64,000 bases of DNA from Stylophora pistillata (Eukaryota): the NCBI RefSeq assembly GCF_002571385.2, contig NW_019217883.1:444528-508527 (forward strand), given 5' to 3'. This document shows, in pieces, positions 51,595 through 64,000 of the stretch. Position 1 is the stretch's first letter. The number at the start of each line of letters is the position of its first letter. Below the pieces are notes generated by a model, which was not told where the DNA came from, did not search any database, and saw nothing but the letters and a program-made list of their open reading frames with translations. The translations under genes and the position numbers were made by a program.

Positions 51595-54500
51595 TCACCA
51601 CTCATGCACAGCCTTTTCAGCAAAAAACTCTCCATGTGGTTTGCCAGCATTTTGTGGCAGAAGGGCCAGGTAGACAGGTGTTTCTGCTCCTGAAAAAGTC
51701 GAGAAGTCCAATTTACTTATCAAAAACAAAATGAATTGCTTATTGTACATTGAACAATCTGAGAAACATTAACAGTATGTTGCCCAGTTTGCAGCTAAAA
51801 AGACTTGGGCTGATTACTTTCTTTGAGAATTTTCACACAGAAAAAAATGCAAGCTTTGGTCAAGAAACTGCGGAGTACGAGGGAATCTCATGAGTTAACA
51901 AACAGTTTAGCTGCTTCTTTATCCACTACACACCAAAGCTACTTCATCTATTGTAAAGAAGAGGCTCACTTGGAACAAAATATCCAACAAGACTAAACAA
52001 TTACCGCAAATTGTTAACTTTGAGAAGAAGATGTAGTTACTGAAATTCAAAATAGCCAAAAGCATGGAAATAAACTGGACAACTTTGCTAAAGGCTTACC
52101 CTCATCTGGAGATTTTGGTGCCTTTGGTCCAGCCATATCAGTGCGCACCCATCCAGGACAACACTACTCCAACCCAAAAATAAATTAATAAGTAGAGTAA
52201 TCAATCTTAATCAAAGGTCATATTGAATCAAAAGCAGAGAAAATAATCAGAGGAATCTGCTCACAGCATTTAACAAAATGTCCTCCCTTGGATCTTCTGT
52301 CAATGCCCTTGCCTGTATCTTGCTAAGAGCTGTCAAACCTATCTTTGATGTACCATAAGCTGTGGATAAAAAGCACTTTTCTCATCATATAGAAGATTCT
52401 CAAGCATACCAATAGTTACATAATGATAAGTGAAGTAGGTGGAGTACATAAGGAGGGTAGCTTTCTAAAATCTTGCCCTCATCTGCAGTTTTGTAATTAT
52501 GAAAAAATTGCACCGCCATAAGCCAATAAGACTGCAAAAATTATTGTGATTTCAAAATAGATTTAATAAATCAAGACCAATCAGAGAGTACATATCTCAC
52601 CAGAGTTCGACCATCCTTTCTTCTTATGGACACCATCCTTTACATCTCTAGAGAGCAGTGACAGAGTTAAATGTATTTTAATCTCACAATTCAAAGTTGA
52701 CAAATGTAACAATTTTCCATAAACCGTATTTCCTTGAATAAGTGCCCACACTCTAACAAGCACCCTAACCCAGAATAATTGCCTACCTGCTGTGTTATTA
52801 TATCACACAAATGTCCTCCTCCTCCCTCACTTTATCCAAAGTAGGGATACCAGGAAAACCTTTTTCTATTATAACTGTATATCTATCCTAAGAATCTTCA
52901 ACAGAATCAGAACAGGTTGATAGTTTCTTAATTTGCAACCCCCTTCCAACAAGCTCCCATCCTTTCTGCCAAAATTTTAAATAAGTGCCCAGGTGCTTAT
53001 TCAAGGAAATACAGTGCATAAAGGCAAATGCAAGATCATATGATTAAAAATAATCCTCAAATTAAAATACTGAGCTTCTAAAGTAGATTTGGTAGGAAAA
53101 TTACATATCAAACAAACTTACTGCGCAAACTGATCCAACAAGGAAATAAGGCCTTCTTCAGTCAAAGTTGGAGAGGTAAACTTCTCTTGAATTTCTTTTG
53201 AAACCTGTGCCAAACGTCCAGCCCTGGAGGACACATTCACCACCCTAGAAAATAATAACTCATTTTTTATCAAAAATGTAAAGTTATCTATCACAGAATT
53301 GATTTGGGATATCAGACTAAACTCTAATTGTCCAAACAAAAACATTTTCATTGAGACAAACACTAAAAACTTGGCAAACTCCAATTTAAATAAAGGCTGA
53401 TAGTTTCTAAAGAAACTGTTTGGGGCTGCGTTGGTGGGGGTAACGAAATAATTTGAATATATCAACAAAGTTGAAATGGTAAATTGGCCACTGTTACGAT
53501 TATAAAAGCTGACGTTTCGAGCATTAGCCCTTCGTTGGAGCGACTATAGGAATTGCGGGGTGTGTGTGCTTTTAAAGGCAGAAAAAAGGCTCATCTTTCA
53601 AACCGGCAGTCTAAATCCCACAGGTATCAACAAACGCTTTTCATTCCACTAATTTATTCGTGTTTTTCTTGTTGCCATGTTCCCACCAATCACGTATCTC
53701 CTTTTTCTGCCTTTAAATGCACACACAACCCACAATTCCTCTATTTGCTTTGACAAAGGGCTAACGCTCAAAACGCCAGCTTTTATAATCGTAACCATGG
53801 CCAATTTACCATTTCAACTTTCTTGATATATTCCAATTTAAAANAGCTCTTAACATCCATTCTCCTCATTTTATAATTCAAGACATTTCTCCCAGTTAAT
53901 AATTATTTCCCTTTGTTTTCACCTCCTGTCTAAATGATAGCTCAATTGGTTAGAGCGCTGGATTGTGTTGTGCAGGAGGTCGAGGGTTCAAGCCCCAGCC
54001 GGACCAATACTCATGGTCTTAAAATAACTGAGGAGAATTTGCTACCTTTCTATAATATCAAGAAATGGATAGATATTCTAGTCTTCTCAGATAAGGATGA
54101 ATAAAACCGTAGGTCCTGTCTCCTGCAGGGTTGGGGTAGGAGATGTTAATTTCCCACACACAAGATTACTGTGTGGTGGATTTCCTCCCCTGGGGTGGGA
54201 TGGATAGGTGTAACAGGGCCCCATTTAAACCAGCTATTAGCTGAACTGGGTTACCCTGTATAAATTTTTGTAAAAAAAAATTCAAATAAAAATGTAAGGA
54301 GAACTTACTTTTTGTTCATTCCTGAGAGTGAAAAAGTTAACGTATGCTGAAAGAGATGTTACCTTGCATGTGGTCTCAAAAGAGGGAAAAGAGCCCGACA
54401 GACATCAAGAGTGCCGCGAAAGTTTGTGCGCAAAGTCACCTCAACCTGTTCAGTAAATGGAGCAGTTGATGCCATCTGGGGAAAATGAAAGTAGCAATTA

Positions 54501-56730
54501 TCATTATTAACACATAGGCTATATGGCCCATGACCTTCTTTTATGAAAAACATTAAAATTCCCTATAGGTGGTTTGCATGTTACGTCATTGCCGCCTTGT
54601 TGGTGGACGTAAACAATACATATCTCATTGGCTCCTTTTGTTCGTCCACCAGCATTTGTTCCTTTCACTATTGTTAGCTGTGTCTCCACAGGGTAGTTAC
54701 AAACCACCTATTTCACAGCTGTCAAGGATCAAACCAGCAGAGCTGGAAAAAGTCATATAGCTCAATATATGGCTCTGCAAGAAGACAGAGAAAAGTAAAA
54801 AGGAAGAAAGAGGGAAAGTGGCAGTCATAAAGTAAAATATTTATTGACTGGGAAAGGTTAGGTGGGATGACATGGTCAAAACTTTTCCTGTCTGGCCCAG
54901 GTGATATGTAGAAAATAACATTATCATCATATGCAAAATTAAAATGATTAACTTAGAACACTAACTAATGGCTCCTTGATCATCCTTTGAATTGAGAACT
55001 ATAAGGAGAAAAAAAGCATAAACAGACCTTGTAAGCTATTGCTGCGTTATTCACAAGAACATCAATACCACCATACTGGTCTTGGACAAACTTTCTAAAC
55101 TTCTCAATGCTTTCTAATGATATGATGTCTAACTGGTGAAATGATACTGTGAGTCCTTCACTGCTTAATTTCTGGACAGCTTCCTTGCCTCTTTGCTCAT
55201 CTCTTGCTGTAGTAGAAAAAACAATAAACCATTTTTTCTTTCAAACATCACAGTAGCAGAGCTACAGCCATTTCATTTATCAAAACTTAGTTTCTTAATT
55301 GTATTTTTCTCTTAAATAGGTGTAGAAATAACACTTGAGTATTATATAAAGGGTTAGGAAAAAAAAGAAAAGGTACTGTAAAAACTCACAGATAAGCAGC
55401 ACCCGTAGATAAGCCGCACCCTCAATTTAGCAGCTCAAATTTTGGGAAAAAAAAGTTTTTTTTGAAAGAAATCAAAAGAAAATCCAAAGTTGAGTCTTGA
55501 GAAGTCTTTTTCATCCACTGTTCATTGAATGTAAACTCACTATTAACATTGCAACAGAAAATACTTCAAAGTCTTACCCACAATTTTGGCACTTTAATAT
55601 GATGAACATCATTTCTACCACCTTTGACATGATCGATCTTTCTCTGGTATTTATTGACAGGAATTTCTTCATTCAACACAGTTTTTCCATAGATTTTTGC
55701 ATTACAACAAGAACATGATCAGAACATTCAAAGCTTACTAACCAGGCATTAGATTGGACACGAAAATGTCTACATTCAGGACACCCTTTTCAAATGTTCC
55801 CGTAGATAAGCCACACCGTCAATTTCTAGCAACGATGTTTGAAAAAAAGGTGTAGCTTATCTGCGGGTTTTTACAGTAGGCTGCAGAGCAAATTTGATGC
55901 AATTTTTGGGAAAGTATTCAGTATTTTCTTGCTGAGAATTATAGCTGCCATCTTTGATTTTTAAAACTAGTTGATGGTTGGGGAGAGGAAGAAATTTGTA
56001 CCAAGTGGGTGGGTGACGGTCAATAGGAAGGGGAGGAAAGAGGAACTGCAGGCTCAAGAAAAACATGCAAACCAGAAGTCTTGATTGCCAACTAGACATC
56101 ATCCACACAAAAAGAATCACCAAAGCATCATGCCCCAAAAGTGTACCTGTCAAAATTACTGTTCCAGGAAATTCTTTGCAGAGTCTTTGAACAATTGCAT
56201 AACCAATCCCTTTATTGGCACCAGTAACCTACAACATATGAAATAATTAAATTGTGCCTTAATTTCCGGTCAGTAACCCTTTGATCTGTTCTCATAAATA
56301 ATTATTACTGTAGAAAGTTGGTGAATGTAGATCGAAAATGTGAGAAAAGTAGAAATCTGATTTCTCTTGGGTAATTCCAACCCCTACCTTTTCAAACATA
56401 TGGGTTCGTTTCAAACACCTCAGCTCAGAGAAACCAACCTTGCCCCACCCACCAAAGAGTAACTTGAAACAAGCTGTAGCTGTTATCACTCAAAGCTATG
56501 ATTAAATGTTAAATTTTTCTTTGGAGAAAAAATGGAAGATAAATAAACATTTCGTATCGGCTGGATCTTAGCACGATTGACATAACCTCAAACAGTTTCC
56601 TGATCTGTCCTCAACGGGCGCATAACTCCCAAAGTTTCGCACTTTGCTGCATAAATGGCCCTTGTTTTAGGAGAAATACCAAAATTCTAAAGTTAAATGG
56701 GCTTACCACTGCAACTTTTGAGGAAGACAT
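51595..56730 (-). CDS. Carbonyl reductase [NADPH] 1-like SDR, paralog A (9 exons; canonical catalytic motifs)
   Basis: MSSSKVAV|VTGANKGIG, ARDEQRG, DVLVNNAAIAYK, RTNFRGT, VVNVSS, AYGTSK (YxxxK), CCPGWVRTDMAG, GAETPVYLALLP...HEW*. Confidence 0.93.
52722..53015. mobile_element. Tc1/mariner-type MITE
   Basis: TIRs ccgtatttccttgaataagtgc / gcttattcaaggaaatacag. Confidence 0.7.
53391..53831. mobile_element. Fold-back Penelope-type element with hammerhead-like cores (copy 2) and an 11-bp TSD
   Basis: Arms ~53455-53590 and 53699-53833. TCCAATTTAAA lies at 53380-53390 and 53832-53842. Confidence 0.75.
53921..54290 (+). mobile_element. tRNA-derived SINE, copy 3
   Basis: Head GATAGCTCAATTGGTTAGAGCG...GGGTTCAAGCC. 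The body is homologous to copies 1 and 2. Confidence 0.85.
55376..55876. mobile_element. Tc1/mariner-type MITE with TA TSDs
   Basis: TA|ctgtaaaaactcacagataag ... cttatctgcgggtttttacag|TA. Confidence 0.8.
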
Positions 56731-57060
56731 GTCGACCGCTTTCTTTCACCAAGGTTATGTGCCAAACTGTCTGAAGACTGGATACTATTGGGCGTCATCG
56801 GCTCGTGGAAATGCAAAAGAGGGAGGGGTGAGAGGGTAAATAGTTCGGTTTGCCACTCTTCTCAGTGAGACAAAAATGCCTCATTCTGCTTGAGATTTCT
56901 GAAAATTATTTGGAAACTTTGTCATTAGAAGAGTTAAAGACGCGATAGGAAACTTTCCTTCGTTTTAATCATACCCTCTGTTAACTGTGCTCTAAGTTTT
57001 TCTATCCCCCGGGTAGTGTGCTATTCTATTTGTGCCAACCTCTGAAAAACGTCTTCAAGC

Positions 57061-60000
57061 ATGCGAGTCGCAGTCGTAAGTAGTCATTCTATTCAACCCT
57101 TTACCTCAGGACATCTTTGCCGAAATTCAGTTAAAATCGTCAAGTTAAAAACTTTCTAGCGAATGATAAGGTGGAATAACAAATGGTTCACTCCGATCTC
57201 ATTTTTTGTCGAGAAGTCTTTTAAACAATTTGCACCCTAATATCAGTGTACAACTTCTCTATATATTTCAGTTCTACATACATTTCTTGAGGTGCTGACA
57301 TTTGTTTGACGATCAAAGGCTTCTTTAGTTGACCTTAATGTTTGATTCAGGGGTGATATTGTAAAGAGAAATTAGATGCCAGTCACTATTAGCGGTCAAA
57401 ATATTAAACTTATTACTATTGTGGTAGTGTTTCCTTCTATAATTTTGTAGGTTACAGGTGCCAACAAAGGAATAGGATTCGCTATTGTCAAACAATTATG
57501 TAAAGAATTTTCTGGGACTGTAATTTTAATAGGTAATCAGTTCTTCTCGTTATAATCCATTAACAAAACAAAAAATGAATTTATTGTACTTTTCACTCCC
57601 AAGATCTCGATCATTTACAGTGATGTTGGTTTGAAGAATTTGATATCAGATCAACTAATAATCCCTAATTGATACTGTAAAGAGAGATTCTGTCTTGGTT
57701 ACTCACAAGAGTGAAAGATTAATTGAGGAATGGAAAGTAAATAATGGGCACTTTAAATTGATTGGTTCCTAAGCATCCTCTTGCCTTTGACACAACTGCA
57801 TCATGCTCTGGAAATCCAGATATAGAGAAACATTGTCTATAGAGAGTGAAAATTGCATGTGCATAGATTTTTTGTGATTTGATGCTTATAAGGAGTGATC
57901 AGCCCACAGGACATCCAGTTCACATCCTAAGGGCTTATTATTCTCCCATACAGTCATTTTTGCAGATGACATGCAATGCTCCAGATGTTGGGCAATTGCT
58001 GGTGGGGTAATGGCATTGTGTGACATGCTGAGGCTGTTGGAAAGGAGATTAGAGGAACAGGCAGTTTGCTGTCTGGTGTCTCTTTTCAACTAATTGGGTG
58101 CGGTAACACCTGTTGTGGATCAGAGTATGAGTCCATTCTGCTGCATACAGTACTTCACTACAGTAAGATTGACAGACAAAAATCGGGTACCTCAATTTTT
58201 GCTCAATCTCTTATTGTTACCTGTTTTTGTTTTTTCTGAAGGTTTTGTATCATTTTGATTGTTTACAAACTTTGCTTTTTAGCGAGAGATGAACAAAAAG
58301 GACAGGAAGCTGTTAGACAACTGAGCAGTGAAGGTCTATCGCCCACATTTCATCAATTGGACATTGTTTCACCAGAAAGCATTGAAAAGATAAAAAAATA
58401 TCTTATGGAGCAATATGGTGGATTGGATCTTCTTGTTAATAATGCTGGGATAGCTTTTAAGGTTGGTTGAAATAATTTTTAACCCTTTAACTCCCATATG
58501 AGTGATAAAGAGATAATTTTTCGTCCTCATATTAATACAATATCAAGCAGACAAGTGATGAGAAATAAAGGAAAATAGTGTACCAAATTATCCCAACTAA
58601 CATCAGAAGAATTGTATGGTAGACAGTAAGGAAAATTATAACATTACCAAGGTAAAGCGCACACTCTGATTGGTCAATTTAGCGTCCCCTATTTGCCCAT
58701 GGGTGTATGCTGCTGACGCGAGCAAATGCAAAGACTATTTTTCCGCGCGCGCGCTTGTATTTTCTGGTCACATAAGATTTATTAAATAAAAGGGAACTCT
58801 TTATCTACAATGTATCAATGTTATGTTATAAAACAAATGGTAAACAAGAAGCTAGAGTCGCTCGGCTATCGCCTCGAGCGACTCTTACGCTTCTTTTGTG
58901 CTTAGCAACCTCCCGCGTGCATCCATAACTCAATAGTGTACACTGTGGTGTTTACCATTTGTTAATTATTAAATGAGATCTCTGGAGTGAAAAGGTTAGG
59001 TTGTAACAAGGACTACTTGAGAATTATACCCAAGGAGATATCGTAAGCTAGGTTTTTAGCTATAATGCAAGACTTTACCCATTCAGAATGCATCTTCTCC
59101 ATACTGTTCTCTTTACATTTCTTACAGTATCGACATGGAGAATTTGTTTTTTTAATCTAGAACCTCTTTCATTAGTGATCATTACCTTTATTCTCATTAC
59201 CTAAATGCTTGATTTAGTAGCTGCACTATAAGGAGAACTGACATACTAGTCAATCTCAGGGGTTACAGGCCTATAGGATAACCTTCTGCCTCTCTGATGA
59301 CTGTTGAAAATCTAAATGTCCTTCAACTGCAAAGTGAAATATTATTATATGAGATATTTGTTGTTTTTGTTTTTGCATGTTACCAGAGGGCATCCACAGT
59401 TCCTTTTCCAGAACAGGCTATAGTGACTATCCAAACAAATTTTCATGGTACGCTTAATGTGTGCAGAGCACTGTTACCAATTTTAAAACCACATGCAAGG
59501 TTAGTGAGGACAAAAAGCTCCTATGCAAAAAGGAAAGCAATGTTGCTTTGCTCAGTTGAGTGTATTTGATACATCTTTATCAAATGATTTTCTGCCATTA
59601 GCTGCTTTTAACCTCCCTTAATCAACAGAATTAGACAATTTACATCTTTCTACGTTACATGTCAGACCTGAAATTTACTTGCTATCTTAATATATCTACT
59701 CAGACACATGATGCTTTCAAAATTACTGTTCCTAGCAGTATGTAGGGTGTACATCCCATAGGAACATAATAATGCCCACAGCTTTCCATAGTGGGGGAGG
59801 GAATGTTACAGTTTTTTCTGCAAGAAATTGGGGAAGGGCATACAAGAACTGCACTTGGTAAAAGAAAGAAATTGCACCAGGCACCCCCCTCCCCACTAAT
59901 AAATGACAGTTAATTTGTCCCATTATAAATATTTCAAATAGTCTTTCATTGTCTATTGATTATTACCAGTATGTGTCACAAAATTTGAAGTTACTTCTAG

Positions 60001-62403
60001 ACATTTCACCACTAAGAAAGAATCTTTACTTTGATTTCCCAGATTGGTGAATATTTCATCCCATTTAGGGGGTTTGGCTCAGCTATCAGAGGACCTTCAG
60101 AAGAAGTTTTCTTCTCCAAAATTAACAGAAGAAAGTCTTAGTAATTTGATGGATCAGTTTGTCAAGCAAGTTCTTGAACAATGGATTTGTTAATTTGCTT
60201 CATCAAATGAGAACTTTAAGCATAGTTAATAGAGCTTTAAGTGAATGTGCTGTGTGGTAACCATTGTGTTCTCAATTTGTATATATTTAAAATTGATCGT
60301 CACGGTAGTGAACACTACTTAAGCGGTAGTAAAAATAAGGCCTGATTGCATGGGATTTGAACCTATGACGTCTGCAATACCAGTGCAGTGTTCTACCAAC
60401 TGAGCTAATAAGCCAACTGGGAGCTGGTAAATAGCAGTTCATATGATTATGATTTTCTTATATATCCACAGTCACTGTATATAGTTACGTGTGTTGATGT
60501 GATGAAATGTTTCAGAACTTTGGTAATTGAAATCTGGCTTGTAGTTCTTTGTCAGTTATGGCATTTATTCTTGTTACCATCAAATGAAGTTATCAGGAAT
60601 TAAAATTCATCAGTATTAAAGGATTACAATTCTGCAAGAGTAACAAATGGCATAAATGATCATAACAAGCAAAATCAAATCTATAAATTACCACAGGACA
60701 TTGTTTTGAATATTTCATTTTTTCACAATATATTCCAGAGATGTTAAGGATGGTACTCACTCACAGAAGGGATGGTCAAGCACTGGTGAGGCAAACCCTT
60801 AATTGGAATTTTGAGTTTCTTTATGATTAATTGATGACAACCGAGACTTTCTAAATCAAATCTTCTTTTTGCTTGCCAGCCTATGGAATTTCCCATTTAG
60901 GAATAATTGCGTTAACCAAGATTCTAGCAAGGAATATCACACAAGATTCTAGAGAGGACATTCTTATCAATGCTGTAAGAAGTTTGAAATAAAATTGTCA
61001 TAATGCAATTTACAGTTGACAATTAATTTACAATCATCTTAATGTATAATGTTGATTTCCTTTGTTCATTTCCATGTCTTTTCATAATCGACCTGGTGTG
61101 ACTTTCCATTCCCCCATCCTGAATATGACAACTACATAGTATTAACCCTCAACATCTTAACACCAGTATCTATATTCTCCATACTGTTTTTTATTCATTT
61201 CCTTCAATAATGACAAGGAGAATTTGTTAAACAATCAAAGCTTGTTACGTTGGGGATCATTTTCTTTATTCTCATGATCTTCATGAATGATTAAGTGGTA
61301 TTACTGTAAGGAAAATTTAGATGCCGGTCACTTAGGTTTTAAAGGGCTAATCTCAGAGAGTTTAGGGATGATTGTTTGTTGCAAGAAAAATTTGAAATCA
61401 GTTATAAAATTAAATAATTTGGTAATATCAATGATGTTGATATTGTAAATTGGCCACTGTAAAGAGTTAAAAAGCTGACGTTTCAAGTGTTAGCCCTTCA
61501 TCAGAGCAAAGCATTCACTCTGATGAAGGGCTAACACTTGAAACGTCAGCTTTTTAACTCTTACAGTGGCCACTTTACAATTTCAACTTAGTTGATATTA
61601 CCAAATTACCTCGTTACCCCCACCAATGCAGCACCACAGTTTCTTTAGAAACTTGCCCCCTGTATTATAAAATTAAATGTTTGCGATGTGAATTAATGAA
61701 GGAGAAATGGGTGCCTACAGTACGTAAAACTAAACCAATTGAAACTTTGCACATTTACATACAAAGGACACATAAAAGAGACAGTTTTTGCACAGGATAT
61801 AAACTTAGTGTTGATTTATTACCGAGTTAAGCTTATCTTATTGCAGCAGTAGTGTTGAAGTGATTTTCAGTTTCTTTGCAGAGTTGACTGTTTTTGTGAG
61901 CTTTTGTTAACATTGCTTGTTTTTCTTGAAGTAGTTGATATTGGTCAGGTCTGAGCTCATCAATTTCTTTTAAAAGTTTTACTTTATTTTGCAGTGTGAT
62001 CCTGGCTGGGTCCGTACAGACATGGCTGGACCAAAAGCAACAAAATCCCCTGAGGAAGGTACAACTAAATTTTTATTTGTCCCACATCTACCTCCTCTAA
62101 TTATCTTACAATAGTGGTTTGAATACTTTTTTGTCGTCCCTTATCACATTTTTAAGTTCAAACAAACCTTTGCATGTTAATTTCATTACAGACTGAAAGT
62201 TTGAAATGCAAATTGAAGTGATAATGCTTTTTGTATTCAATTTGTTATTAGGTGCACTGACTCCAGTTTATGCTGCTTTACTTCCAATAAATGTTGGAAA
62301 ACCACAGGGTGAATTCCTCAAAAAAAAAATGATCCAAGAATGGGAAGAGATGTCAACAAGATCACATGCTTCAGAAGCTGAGGAGAGACTAAAGAAGGAA
62401 TAA
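57061..62403 (+). CDS. Carbonyl reductase 1-like SDR, paralog B (9 exons; YGISH replaces YxxxK; one GC-AG intron; C-terminal extension)
   Basis: MRVAV|VTGANKGIG, ARDEQKG, DLLVNNAGIAFK, QTNFHGT, LVNISS, AYGISH, CDPGWVRTDMAG, GALTPVYAALLP...QEWEEMSTRSHASEAEERLKKE*. Intron positions match paralog A. Confidence 0.92.
60300..60480 (-). mobile_element. Diverged copy of the tRNA-Thr-like repeat seen at 1-293
   Basis: The reverse complement reads ccagctcccagttggcttattagctcagttggtagaacactgcactggtattgcagacgtcataggttcaaatccc. Confidence 0.75.
61416..61664. mobile_element. Fold-back Penelope-type element with two identical minimal hammerhead cores (copy 3) and a 14-bp TSD
   Basis: CTCTGATGAAGGGCTAACACTTGAAACGTCAGC occurs on + (61518-61550) and on - (61474-61506). 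TTATAAAATTAAAT lies at 61402-61415 and 61665-61678. Confidence 0.8.
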
Positions 62404-64000
62404 ATATATCTTATTAACCAAGCGCAAGGGCCATACTGGGAGAATATTGGCCTGAGGTCCGTACAAAAAGGACCGAGGGCCGATATTCTTCCAGTACAGT
62501 CCCGAGCAAGCTTGGTTAATAAGAGATTTATTATACGACTAAAATTCAAAAGGGACACAAGTGTGGTATCATTCGGGACTATTCGTGACAGTGCCTGGTC
62601 CAATACTGAGAGAATATTGACCGGCAATAGAGCATTTTGATTGGTTGATTTTAGTTATTGGCCCTCTGACTGCCCGAGTCGTGTAATAAAAATAGTTCTC
62701 AACTTCTGCCTTCTAATGATAGGACTTGTAAGTTTGGCTTGCTTATTACTTCTGGACAGATGAAGCATATCATCTCAGTAAAATTAGCTAGATTGGGATG
62801 CTATGGCAATTCAATCAGCTCATCAAGGTGAAGGAAGAGGAGTCTGTTTGTTTGCATGCACAGGTTCAGAAGAGAAGGTGTAGAAGGGACAATGGTGTTG
62901 AGATTTGGAGTCGGGCAGACTTCTTTTTCTGCAATGTTTTCTAAAAGAATATATGTGTAACTATAATTATAACATGTGCAAATGAATTCTGGACTATCAC
63001 TTAAGTGACAAAAAATAAACTATTTTTAATGGTGAACTTGATTATTCTTTACATTTAAACATAACATTTATTTGTTGTTTAATTATTATAATAGAATATG
63101 TTTTACACTCAGCAGTTTGTAGCGAGTCAAAGTCATAACCAGCTTTTCCATGAATCACACCTGATATATTTGATCATTTTTAGTAAATTTAAATTAACAA
63201 AATGCACCACAGAATGTTAAAAATATTAATAGGTATATGCATCGAACACAAAAAATGATGAAAAAAATCCAGGATGTTTGACATCACTTCATATTAATTT
63301 TCATTAGTACATCTAAAACATCTATAAAATATCTATAAAATATTTCATACCTTCTAAATGGGTCACTATAAATATTATAATTATCCACAAAAGTTTTAAA
63401 AGTCAATATCCTGGGCTGTAGGCTCATCTTTTTCTAACGTCTACATTGGGTAGGCTTACAACTTAAAATGGTTTCCCGAGTAACATAGTAGTAGCCAGAA
63501 AAATCTTGTTAAAAAATTACCAAAAAAACTTCATATGTAAAAGTGTGAGTGAAATGGTGACCATCAACAGGGCCGCAACAGTTTTCCTGCCAAAATAACA
63601 CTCTTGGTAACTTCTCTCAAAAAACAAGAAGTGAAAAAGGATGTTTTCTACAATTTAAGAATTGTTTCATGCTTAGCGTGCGTCCATCGAGTTATGGATG
63701 CACGCGGGGAGTTTGGAGAGCACGAGAGAAGCGCAAGAGTTGCTCCAGGCGCAGCCGAGAGCAACTCTAGCTTCTTGAGTGCTCTCCAAACTTCCCAAGT
63801 GCATCCATAACTCGATAGACGCACAGCTAAAAGCATGAAACAATTCTTTTATAACATACGAAAACAATTTGGGCGCTGAATGATGTTTATGTAATGTTTT
63901 TTAAATGAAAGTTGCCCGAAAATGTTGGCGTCTCCGATTGTTTTGTTGATTTTGTAATTAAATGGTTTTCGGTAGTAATTACAAATGTGACCAAAAAAAA

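Noticed and set aside
51595-62403. CBR pair as biliverdin reductases forming a heme-degradation cluster with the HO
   Set aside because: The sequences are CBR1-type SDRs, not BLVRA/BLVRB, and lie ~47 kb away with unrelated genes between.

Overview
AT-rich, intron-rich animal genomic DNA. The repeat families look cnidarian, probably a stony coral, but this is inferred and not verified. Eight spliced protein genes can be rebuilt from GT-AG exon chains: (1) a heme oxygenase (-, 1331-4047) with an unusual ~400-aa N-terminal extension of three tandem Cys-Pro/His-rich domains; (2) MOB4/phocein (-), head-to-head with (3) SUGCT, a family III CoA-transferase (+); (4) USP40 (-), head-to-head with (5) ATPSCKMT/FAM173B (+); (6) LZTFL1/BBS17 (-); and (7, 8) a divergently transcribed pair of CBR1-like carbonyl reductases, one of which has YxxxH in place of the catalytic YxxxK. 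Introns hold tRNA-derived SINEs, TTAA- and TA-type MITEs, a decayed piggyBac nested in a SINE, Penelope and LINE fragments, and three fold-back insertions carrying minimal hammerhead-ribozyme cores on both strands. The strongest novelty candidate is the multi-CP-repeat heme oxygenase, followed by the YxxxH CBR paralog and the palindromic hammerhead elements. Assembly gaps lie at 29166-29178 and 39602-40337.
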